A program made the position numbers and the translations under genes. Below are positions 22,507 to 29,962 of a stretch of DNA of 32,000 nucleotides, one piece after another. The notes beneath the pieces were generated by a model, which was not told where the DNA came from, made no database searches, and worked only from the letters and a program-made list of their open reading frames with translations. The stretch's first letter is position 1, and each line of letters begins with the position of its first letter. The DNA is from Ignicoccus hospitalis KIN4/I (GTDB lineage Archaea; Thermoproteota; Thermoprotei_A; Sulfolobales; Ignicoccaceae): contig NC_009776.1 of assembly GCF_000017945.1 (NCBI RefSeq), forward strand, positions 720,001 through 752,000, in the 5' to 3' direction.

Positions 22507-22908
22507 TCAGTACCCCCTCCTCAAGAACTCCCCGAAGTCTAACAAGTTGAGCACTATGCCTTTCTTAATCATGCCTAAGCCCAGCAAGACGTCGTCCCAG
22601 TAAACTAGGACGTAGCCCCTCTCGCACGGGGGTTCGACCAATTCGAATTCGAATAGGTCTTTCCCGTAGAGGAATAACATGGCCCTCCTCTCGTCCGGCG
22701 CCTTGACTACCCCTCTTTTGGCCCACCGGGCCAAGAGCTTGACCCCTCCCGGGGTCACCGCGTTCTTCCTCTCTACATAGAAGGAACAGCCCGAGTACCC
22801 GGCGCACAGAGAACTGCCCTTGCGGAGGAGCTTGACCTTGGGCTCCGCCCCCAAGCACCTAGCGAGCTCGCGGAAGCTCGGGGCCTCGGGCCTCACACGG
22901 CTCATCAC
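22507..22908 (-). CDS. PUA-domain-like RNA-binding protein
   Basis: YVERKNAVTPGG...GLGMIKKGIVLNLLDFGEFLRR resembles a PUA/NIP7-type fold. Confidence 0.5.
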   Translation of the reverse strand: MMSRVRPEAPSFRELARCLGAEPKVKLLRKGSSLCAGYSGCSFYVERKNAVTPGGVKLLARWAKRGVVKAPDERRAMLFLYGKDLFEFELVEPPCERGYVLVYWDDVLLGLGMIKKGIVLNLLDFGEFLRRGY

Positions 22909-23531
22909 TTCTCAGCACCGGTTTCTGTCCTCACGGAGCCCATCACTTCTTTATAAAATATGAATTCTTGAAGTTTGTTCAGTATGTTGCTTACGTAGTC
23001 TATCTTCCTCCTCAATTCGTAATCCCTGGGGTTTACATATAGCATGAACACGTAGATGTTCTCTATGGCATCTTTGACCTCCTTCGGGTACTCGAGGTCG
23101 CCCTTGAGCATCTTATCAACGGCCATCCTCAAGAGCTCGCCGGCGGCATCCATTATCCCGGCCACGTACTCTTGGACCGTGGTGTCCGCCTCCTCCAGCG
23201 TCGGGAACCTCCTCTCCTTTTCAAACAAGTATATGCTGAGGGCCTCTACGTACTCTTGCTCGGCCGTTAAGGCTATGTTTATGGTCGCTAACCTCAAGTT
23301 GGCCTTAAGCAGCCCTTTGAGCTTCTCCCTCAACTCGTTCATTTCTTTTACCAGACGTTCGGCCCTCTCCAGCTCGCCCCTCCTTATGGCGTAAATGCAG
23401 AGCTTGCTGTCCTTTATGATCTGTCTGGAGAGGTCGTGGAGCTCGTCCTTCATCTCGTCGTACTCGTCGAGCAGCTTCGCCAGCCTCTCGGCGTACTCTT
23501 TAGTTAGGGGTTGGAAGCTCTTCTCAGACAT
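22905..23531 (-). CDS. Translin/TRAX family protein
   Basis: YDEMKDELHDLSRQIIKDSKLCIYAIRRGE...FPTLEEADTTVQEYVAGIMDAAGELLR. Confidence 0.87.
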   Translation of the reverse strand: MSEKSFQPLTKEYAERLAKLLDEYDEMKDELHDLSRQIIKDSKLCIYAIRRGELERAERLVKEMNELREKLKGLLKANLRLATINIALTAEQEYVEALSIYLFEKERRFPTLEEADTTVQEYVAGIMDAAGELLRMAVDKMLKGDLEYPKEVKDAIENIYVFMLYVNPRDYELRRKIDYVSNILNKLQEFIFYKEVMGSVRTETGAEK

Positions 23532-24093
23532 CTATCCCGGCCTCCTTTAACCTCTTCTTCATTAACGGCACATCCGTCTCGGGGAACAATTCCAACCTTT
23601 CCTTTATCTTCCTCACGTTTAAGGTTATCTTGCCGCTGTCGGCCAACGCCTTGACCCCCCTTATAATGCTTATGGCCTCCGGGTCCTCGCTCCTAGACTT
23701 TAAGACCACGTAGTCCTCCGGCGAGACCTTCTTTATCTTCACGCCTTTGATTTCCACGGTCTTAGCCTCGTTCAATATCTCATCCGGTACGTAGAAGTCC
23801 ATGATGTTGTCGTAGAACTCTATTTCGACCTCGTTCTTGGGCCCCTTGGCGACCATCTTGGGGGTGCCCAACCCCGTGTGGCCGTACTCCCAGCCCTCCT
23901 CGTCCGCGATGGTTCGGAAGAAGTCCTCCTCCACGAGCGCGTAGTGGTTTGTGGGGAAGAGGTCCAAGTCGCCGCTGAACTTCTTGTTTCTGGCTTCCAA
24001 CTCGACGGAGGTCCCGCCTATTATTACCGCGTCCAGCCCGGCCTCCTGTAACTTCTTCATTACGTATATTAGATCATCTAGGGTGAACGTCAA
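23524..24093 (-). CDS. Nucleotidyltransferase (pol beta-like/NTase fold) protein
   Basis: VIIGGTSVELEARNKKFSGDLDLF is a GG-S/T...DxD NTase signature; 189 aa. Confidence 0.7.
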   Translation of the reverse strand: MTFTLDDLIYVMKKLQEAGLDAVIIGGTSVELEARNKKFSGDLDLFPTNHYALVEEDFFRTIADEEGWEYGHTGLGTPKMVAKGPKNEVEIEFYDNIMDFYVPDEILNEAKTVEIKGVKIKKVSPEDYVVLKSRSEDPEAISIIRGVKALADSGKITLNVRKIKERLELFPETDVPLMKKRLKEAGIDV

Positions 24094-24099
24094 ACCGCA

Positions 24100-24267
24100 T
24101 TACCTCTTGCCTCCGAGCTCGTAGTGCTTCGGCCTGAGGTTGGTGCTCTTGCACCTCCTACACTTCGTCGCTCCCCACGGGTTAAGGGCGCCGCACTTCC
24201 TACACACGTACTTCTTGAGCACCCTCTTTTGCACGATCGCTACCAATTCGGGGTCAGTTACGGGCAC
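24100..24267 (-). CDS. rpl40e: 50S ribosomal protein L40e (below the ORF-track length cut-off)
   Basis: Manual translation: [55 protein letters not shown], 55 aa, four-Cys ribbon, GTG start. Confidence 0.9.
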   Translation of the reverse strand: MPVTDPELVAIVQKRVLKKYVCRKCGALNPWGATKCRRCKSTNLRPKHYELGGKR

Positions 24268-24368
24268 TTCCGTTCACCCCGCACACGCGCGCTCGGGCAA
24301 AGTTATATTTTCTCCAACGTCGCCCATCATTAACCCGGACCTCCGAATTCCCCCTTGGGCACGCGGCT

Positions 24369-25331
24369 TTGTTGAGCGAGTTGGATAAGAGGCTGCTGTA
24401 CGAGTTACAGTACAACTTCCCCTTGACGCCCACCCCCTTCGAGGAGGTGGCCCGAGCCCTCGGGATATCTCAAGAGCGCGTGTTGGAGAGAACTAAGGAA
24501 TTGATGGATAATAAGATAATAAAGAGGATAGGGTTCACGGTTAACTATAAATCAATGGGTAAGGTAGCGGCCTTGGTTGGGGTGAAGGTGAGGGGGAGGA
24601 AGGACGTAGAGGCGTTGAAGGCCATATTGATGAATAACCCGGAGGTGACCCACAACTACCTAAGGGACGACCCAGACTACCAAGTATGGTTCACAATAAA
24701 GGCCAAGAATATGGAAGTCTTAAAGGAAGAGGTCAAGAACATCTTGGAGCCTTTGGGTTTGAACGACTATGTCGTTCTGCCCAGCAAGAAGGTATGCAAG
24801 GTGAGCGTTAGGTACGACCCGATAAGGGGCATCGCTTGGAGCCCCTACTCCCCCCAGAAGGACGAGGTTCCCAAGCCCGAGGACTTGGGGCTGCCCGAGG
24901 AGTTCCCGAAGGACGTCTCTAGGCTGAAGCCCGTGGAGAGGCCTTACGCGGAGGTGGCGAAGAAGTACGGGATGTCTGAAGAGGAGGTGGTCGAGAAAGT
25001 TAAGCTGTTGTTGAGGGAGGGGGTGCTGAGGAACCCGGGGGCCAGTGTAGACGGCGACAAGATAGGCTTCAAGTACAATTCAATGATAGTTATGAAAGTT
25101 GACGACGACGTGGAGGTCTGTAGGAGAATAGCGGAAGAGGTCCCGGAGGCCTCCCACGTAGTGGCTAGGGTAGTGGACGAGAGGTGGCCCTACCCAGTCT
25201 ACTTCGTGTTACACGCCACTAAGAAAGAGCTGGTGGAGGATGTGGCTTCGAGAGTAATCGAGAAGTTCGACCCATATGACTATAGAAAGTTATACAGTTT
25301 GGAGAACTTGAAGCCGGGAGTGGCTCGCTAA
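24369..25331 (+). CDS. Fused Lrp/AsnC-like siroheme decarboxylase (AhbA+AhbB / NirDL type)
   Basis: Two consecutive HTH plus alpha/beta modules: LDKRLLYELQYNFPLTPTPFEEVARALGI...HNYLRDDPDYQVWFTIKAK and YAEVAKKYGMSEEEVVEKVKLLLREGVLRNPGASV...RWPYPVYFVLHA. Confidence 0.75.
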   Translation: MLSELDKRLLYELQYNFPLTPTPFEEVARALGISQERVLERTKELMDNKIIKRIGFTVNYKSMGKVAALVGVKVRGRKDVEALKAILMNNPEVTHNYLRDDPDYQVWFTIKAKNMEVLKEEVKNILEPLGLNDYVVLPSKKVCKVSVRYDPIRGIAWSPYSPQKDEVPKPEDLGLPEEFPKDVSRLKPVERPYAEVAKKYGMSEEEVVEKVKLLLREGVLRNPGASVDGDKIGFKYNSMIVMKVDDDVEVCRRIAEEVPEASHVVARVVDERWPYPVYFVLHATKKELVEDVASRVIEKFDPYDYRKLYSLENLKPGVAR

Positions 25332-25413
25332 CCGAACGAGATGTAGCAAAGTATTACGCTTTCTCTCTGATTAATAAGGCCCACAGTTCTAAGAGAAGAA
25401 CGAGGAGAGAGGC

Positions 25414-25905
25414 ATGCCGGCCAGAGGGATAAGCTGGGCGGCGGAAGTCTTGAGGAGGCTGAAGGGCGTAGACTTCCCCGTAACCAAGGAGCAGTTGAAG
25501 GAGAGGCTCAAGGGGATGTACTGGAGGGGTATACCGATCGAGGAGCTGCTGGACAAGATAGAGAAGGACACCTTCGAGACCCCCGCAGAGGTCCTCCACT
25601 ACTTGGCGGAGGCGGCTAGGAAGGTAGAGGAAGAGAAGGGCTTGGTAACCCACAGGGGCATAAGCTGGGCCGCTCTGGTGCTCAAGAAGCTCAAGGGCGT
25701 AGACTTCCCCGTAACCAAGGAGCAGTTGAAGGAGAGGCTCAAGGGAGTCACTTGGAGGGGCATACCCATCGAGGTGATATTGGACCACATAGAGAAGGAC
25801 ACCTTCGAGACCCCCGCGGAGCTGTTGCACGAGATAGCGGTTACAGCCAAGAAGCTGGAAGAGATGGGCTACGCGAGGGAGGAGGTGGAGCTCCCTCAAG
25901 CCTAA
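25414..25905 (+). CDS. Tandem-duplicated DUF2795-like protein
   Basis: Two ~77-aa repeats (RGISWAA..L..LKGVDFPVTKEQLKERLKG..WRGIPIE...EKDTFETPAE.LH), with a 53-nt perfect DNA repeat. Confidence 0.8.
   Translation: MPARGISWAAEVLRRLKGVDFPVTKEQLKERLKGMYWRGIPIEELLDKIEKDTFETPAEVLHYLAEAARKVEEEKGLVTHRGISWAALVLKKLKGVDFPVTKEQLKERLKGVTWRGIPIEVILDHIEKDTFETPAELLHEIAVTAKKLEEMGYAREEVELPQA
25462..25514 (+). repeat. Direct DNA repeat inside the duplicated gene (partner 25693-25745)
   Basis: 53 identical nt at constant offset 231 (AAGGGCGTAGACTTCCCC...GAGAGGCTCAAGGG). Confidence 0.95.
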
Positions 25906-25958
25906 CCTCTCCTTTTTTATTTTCCCTCAGCGGTCACCCCTCCTAGGCAAAGGGCGAC

Positions 25959-27164
25959 TTGAAGAGGGTACCTCCCGAGGTCTGCGCCCGTTGTAAGGGC
26001 TACCGGAGGCTCTGCGGGGCGAGGAGGTGCCCCATCCTAGAAAGGGTGCGCAGCTTCTACTCCGCCGGCTGGGACAGCAGGAGGCCCGAGGGTCCTACCC
26101 CTCCTTCCCCCCTCGTGGGGGAGGCGGGCTACCCCAAAGTCCCGGTCTCCTTGGGGATTTCCCCTTATGGAGACCCTACGGTGAGGGACTCGCCGGAGCT
26201 CTGGGCGCGAGGGGGCTTCGACCTAGAGGCGGTCGCTAAGCTACGCATGGAAATGATCTTCCCATTTAAGAAATTTGACGCGAGGAGGCCGGAGGAATTG
26301 CTCAAGGGGGACTTGCTCTGGGGGGCAGTATCGGAGAGGCCCGTGGACGCCGAGGCCAAGGCCCTCGGTAGGCCGCTCCCGCCGTCCTTGGACGGCATCT
26401 TAGCCCCCGTGGGGGCCTCTGTGAGAGCAGAGGAGATAAAGGTAATTGACAACCCCAAGGTAGACCCTCTGCTGGAGAGGAGGAGCTCTGAGGGGTTGAA
26501 GGCCGAAGAGGCGGTGAAGGAGCTTTTCAGAAAGGGGAGGAGCATATACTTGATTCAGAAGGCGTTCAGCGTGGGCATGTTCGGGGTGAAGAAGAGGCTC
26601 GTCCCTACGCGTTGGGCCATCACGGCGGTTGATGTAGCAGTAGCTAAGGCGATAAAGGAGGACATGAAGGGTCTCCCGTGGGTGGGGGGCCCGAAGGTAG
26701 GCGTCTACTCGCACTACGGCAACGTCTACAAGGTCTTGCTCGTTCCCGGACCTCCAATAGTCGAGATGGTAGAAGTTTGGGAGCCTAGGAGCTTGTGGAC
26801 GCCGAAGGAGGTTACGATATACAACTACGAGGGGCCCACCGCGAGGTCCAAGGCGCTGGACCCTGACGACGGGGGCTTCCACGCGCTCAAGGTCGGAGTA
26901 CTCAAAGCCTTGAAGGAGAGGGGGGTGAGCGCCACAGCGTTGGTCATAAGGAGGGTAACTCCGGACTACTACCTCCCCTTAGGGGCGTGGCAAGTGCGCG
27001 AGGGGAGCTACATGGCTACCTTGAAGGCGTTGGACTCGGGCGACATGAGCTTGAAGGAGGCCCTAGAACGCTTACAAGACGAGAAGGTCGTCATGTTTAA
27101 GAGCTTGAGGCAGAGGAGCTTGAGCGAGTACACTCTTCCGGCAGCTCGCCGGCCCAGAACTTAG
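25959..27164 (+). CDS. Nre family DNA repair protein (NreA-like)
   Basis: CARCKGYRRLCGARRCP ribbon, SFYSAGWDSRRPEGPTPPSPLVGEAGYPKVPVSLGISP, and VPTRWAITAVD. Confidence 0.85.
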   Translation: MKRVPPEVCARCKGYRRLCGARRCPILERVRSFYSAGWDSRRPEGPTPPSPLVGEAGYPKVPVSLGISPYGDPTVRDSPELWARGGFDLEAVAKLRMEMIFPFKKFDARRPEELLKGDLLWGAVSERPVDAEAKALGRPLPPSLDGILAPVGASVRAEEIKVIDNPKVDPLLERRSSEGLKAEEAVKELFRKGRSIYLIQKAFSVGMFGVKKRLVPTRWAITAVDVAVAKAIKEDMKGLPWVGGPKVGVYSHYGNVYKVLLVPGPPIVEMVEVWEPRSLWTPKEVTIYNYEGPTARSKALDPDDGGFHALKVGVLKALKERGVSATALVIRRVTPDYYLPLGAWQVREGSYMATLKALDSGDMSLKEALERLQDEKVVMFKSLRQRSLSEYTLPAARRPRT

Positions 27165-27612
27165 GCTCCTCCACTTGCTTGGGCATGTCTTTGGTGTTGA
27201 CGAACATTTGATAAACGGCCTTCCACCCTATGGGACCCTTGCGCGTGACTAGCTTGCACTGCTTCAAACATTCTACTATTCTCCCCCTCTCCTTACACAA
27301 CGAATATGCCACGAACTTCGCTATCATCTCCTCTATGTACCCTACCCTGCTCCTCCCCTCGTTCAGCCTCTTCGCCAGCCAGTTGCCGAACGCTTGTAAG
27401 CTTTTTAAAACTATGTCCATGTCTATCTTGTCGATGAATGTTAGGGAGGCGACGCCGCCCACGCTTAAGCTGTCCCCGCTCACTACTACTTCGAAGCACT
27501 TGTAGACTTTCTTCTTAGAGTTGCTGGTACACGTCAGTATTAAGTAGGCGGCGTCGCCGCTCTTGGCGACCGTCGCTTCGAAGTCCGTGCACCGCGCGGT
27601 CATTCCCATCAC
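27097..27612 (-). CDS. Hypothetical protein
   Basis: 171 aa ORF, convergent with the Nre gene; its Ser-rich tail is encoded in the overlap. Confidence 0.6.
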   Translation of the reverse strand: MMGMTARCTDFEATVAKSGDAAYLILTCTSNSKKKVYKCFEVVVSGDSLSVGGVASLTFIDKIDMDIVLKSLQAFGNWLAKRLNEGRSRVGYIEEMIAKFVAYSLCKERGRIVECLKQCKLVTRKGPIGWKAVYQMFVNTKDMPKQVEEPKFWAGELPEECTRSSSSASSS

Positions 27613-27671
27613 GTTCGTAGTCGTGAGCAGACCTTAATTAGCGTCTACCTAGAGCCGCTCTGGGAACTCTC

Positions 27672-28379
27672 TTGAAGCTGATCTACGAGGGAAAGACAAA
27701 GAAAGTGTACGATATGGATGATAAGGTGCTGCTCAAATTCAAGGACGTTTTCACCGCATTCGACGGCAAGAAGGTAGAAGAGGTAAAAGGTAAGGGAAAG
27801 GTAAACGCAGAGTTCACCGAGCTGTTGATGAAGTACTTAGAACAGCACGGCGTTAAGACTCACTTCTTGAGCAGGAACGAAGACGAGATAGTTGCTATAA
27901 AAACCAAGCCTCTTCCGTTAGAGTTCATCGTAAGGAACTACGCCTACGGTAGCTTGCTGAAGAGGCTCCCGATCCTAGAGAAGGGACAGAGGTTGCTCAC
28001 GCCGGTATTCGAGGTCCATTACAAGAGCGACGAGCTCCACGACCCCTTGCTCGCAGAGGACGACCCCGTAGCGGCCGGGATAGTTTCCAAGGACGTAATG
28101 AAGACTATCAGGGAAACCACATTGAAGGTTAACGAGCTCCTCACAGAGCTCTTCGAGAAGGCTGGGTTCAAGTTGATAGACTTCAAGGTGGAGTACGGAA
28201 TAACGGAGGACGGAAGGGTCGTATTAATAGACGAGTTGAGTCCCGACTCCTTTAGGGCCCACAAGGGCGGCGAGGCTTACGACAAGGACTTGTTCCGCCA
28301 AGGCGCCAGCGGCGAAGAAGTGTTGAAGAAGTACGTAGAGCTGTTAGAGGCTCTGAGGGAGGCGTTGGGCGTTGAATGA
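27672..28379 (+). CDS. purC: Phosphoribosylaminoimidazole-succinocarboxamide synthase
   Basis: MKLIYEGKTKKVYDMDDKVLLKFKDVFTAFDGKK...IDFKVEYGITEDGRVVLIDELSPDSFR. Confidence 0.97.
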   Translation: MKLIYEGKTKKVYDMDDKVLLKFKDVFTAFDGKKVEEVKGKGKVNAEFTELLMKYLEQHGVKTHFLSRNEDEIVAIKTKPLPLEFIVRNYAYGSLLKRLPILEKGQRLLTPVFEVHYKSDELHDPLLAEDDPVAAGIVSKDVMKTIRETTLKVNELLTELFEKAGFKLIDFKVEYGITEDGRVVLIDELSPDSFRAHKGGEAYDKDLFRQGASGEEVLKKYVELLEALREALGVE

Positions 28380-28644
28380 ATACTTAGTCGAGGTCATAAT
28401 TCGGAACAAGAGGGTCGCTAGGGACCCGGAGGGCGAGACCATAAAAAACGAACTGGTTAGTAGGAGTTCCCTCGCGGACTCGATAAAAGAGGTCAGGTCG
28501 GGGAAGTGGCTCTTGTTTACTGTGCTGGCCGAAGACGAGAGGGAGGCCTTGCAAAAGGTGGAGAAGCTCTGTAAAGAGATGAGGATCTTCAACCCCGTGG
28601 TCCACGAGATGGAGGTGAGGCCCTATCAAGGTGGCCGTGCTTAA
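28372..28644 (+). CDS. purS: Phosphoribosylformylglycinamidine synthase subunit PurS
   Basis: Size and motifs RVARDPEGETIKNEL...VRSGKWLLFTVLAEDEREALQKVEKLCKEM; overlaps purC and purQ. Confidence 0.92.
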   Translation: MNEYLVEVIIRNKRVARDPEGETIKNELVSRSSLADSIKEVRSGKWLLFTVLAEDEREALQKVEKLCKEMRIFNPVVHEMEVRPYQGGRA

Positions 28645-29290
28645 GTTCCCGGGGACCAACGGGGACGAGGACGTCAAGCACGTGGTCAACTTGTACGGGA
28701 TGAGGGGGGAGGTCGTGTGGTACAAGGAGTTCAAGCAGAGCGAGTGGGACGCGGTGGTCTTGGCGGGCGGCTTCAGTTACGCTGACAGGCTGCGGGCCGG
28801 GGCGATAGCTTCCGTGACCTCGGCCATGGATCAGGTGGTGGAAGCGGCCGAGGAGGGCAAGCCGGTTTTGGGGATCTGCAACGGGTTCCAAATGCTTATG
28901 GAAAGGGGACTGATGGGAAACGGAGCGCTCCTGCACAACCTAAACAACAGGTTCGTGTGCAAGTGGGTAAAAGTTATGGTTGTGGATAACAAGACCCCTT
29001 GGACCTTGGACTACGAGCCCGGAGAAGTAGTGGATATGCCCGTGGCGCACGCTGAGGGGAGGTACTTCTCGGAGAGCGAGCCCAACAACGTGGTCTTTAA
29101 GTACGTCGAGAATCCGAACGGGAGCATGTGGGACGTGGCGGGCCTTCACTCCCCCGAGCTCAAGAACGTGGTGGGCTTAATGCCTCACCCGGAGAGGGCG
29201 GCTGAGGAGGTGTTGGCGCCCCCCGGTAGGGGGCCGGGAGGGAGCAAGGTATGGACCAGCTTGAGGAGGGCGCTCAAGCACGGTTGGTAG
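28631..29290 (+). CDS. purQ: Phosphoribosylformylglycinamidine synthase subunit PurQ
   Basis: KFPGTNGDEDV, VLAGGFSYADRLRAGAIA, VLGICNGFQMLME, and LMPHPERA. Confidence 0.96.
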   Translation: MAVLKFPGTNGDEDVKHVVNLYGMRGEVVWYKEFKQSEWDAVVLAGGFSYADRLRAGAIASVTSAMDQVVEAAEEGKPVLGICNGFQMLMERGLMGNGALLHNLNNRFVCKWVKVMVVDNKTPWTLDYEPGEVVDMPVAHAEGRYFSESEPNNVVFKYVENPNGSMWDVAGLHSPELKNVVGLMPHPERAAEEVLAPPGRGPGGSKVWTSLRRALKHGW

Positions 29291-29897
29291 GACACAACAA
29301 CTCCCTCAGCTTCGATATCAGTTTCTCCTTCTCCTCCAGCTCCTTTTGGAGCTCCTCCAAGCGGGCCTTCAGCTTCTCCACTTCCTCCGCGGAGCTCAGC
29401 TGGCTCACCTTTTCCCTCAGCTCCGCGTTCTCCTTTTCGAGTTCCTTTATTCTCTCTTCTAGCTCCTTGATCCTTTCTTCTGGAATTATCACGCCTTTGA
29501 TCGGTATCACTAGCTTGAGCTCCCCTCTCGCCAGCATCTCGTAAGTCTCGAGGACGAGCTTCCCAGCCTTGGTCTTACCCTTTAGGTGGTTCCTTATGGT
29601 ACTTTCGCTCCTCCCCAGCTCTTCCGCTATCTGTGGTATGGTGTAACCCGCCTTGTACCTAGCCAAGGCGGCCGCGGCGACGGCCAAGCTGTCCACCCAC
29701 GTGGCCCTTTCTACGGGGTCGAGTATCAGTTGAATCACATCGGGCCTGTAGATAGTACCTATTATCAAGGCGGTCTCCAACTCCATTATCTCCTTCTTGC
29801 TGGTCGGCCTCAAGGGCACGTGGCTTAGGTCTATCTCTACGGTCCCGTCCTCCCTAGTCCTAACGTAGGCGCTCATCTCGCTCAAACCGTCCTCCAC
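29274..29897 (-). CDS. HTH transcriptional regulator with C-terminal coiled coil
   Basis: YTIPQIAEELGRSESTIRNHLKGKTKAG HTH followed by long E/K/L heptad-like region. Confidence 0.75.
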   Translation of the reverse strand: MEDGLSEMSAYVRTREDGTVEIDLSHVPLRPTSKKEIMELETALIIGTIYRPDVIQLILDPVERATWVDSLAVAAAALARYKAGYTIPQIAEELGRSESTIRNHLKGKTKAGKLVLETYEMLARGELKLVIPIKGVIIPEERIKELEERIKELEKENAELREKVSQLSSAEEVEKLKARLEELQKELEEKEKLISKLRELLCPTNRA

Positions 29898-29962
29898 CGG
29901 TCTTCGTAGAGGAGTTCAACCTTTACTAGCTTGGGTCTCGCAGCGCGTAGGGGCTATAGGGA

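Noticed and set aside
25354-25899. 181-aa minus-strand ORF internally repeated
   Set aside because: Shadow ORF antisense to the DUF2795-like gene; its repeats mirror the real gene duplication.
28384-29149. Minus-strand ORFs opposite purS and purQ
   Set aside because: Antisense to confidently identified pur genes, with atypical composition.
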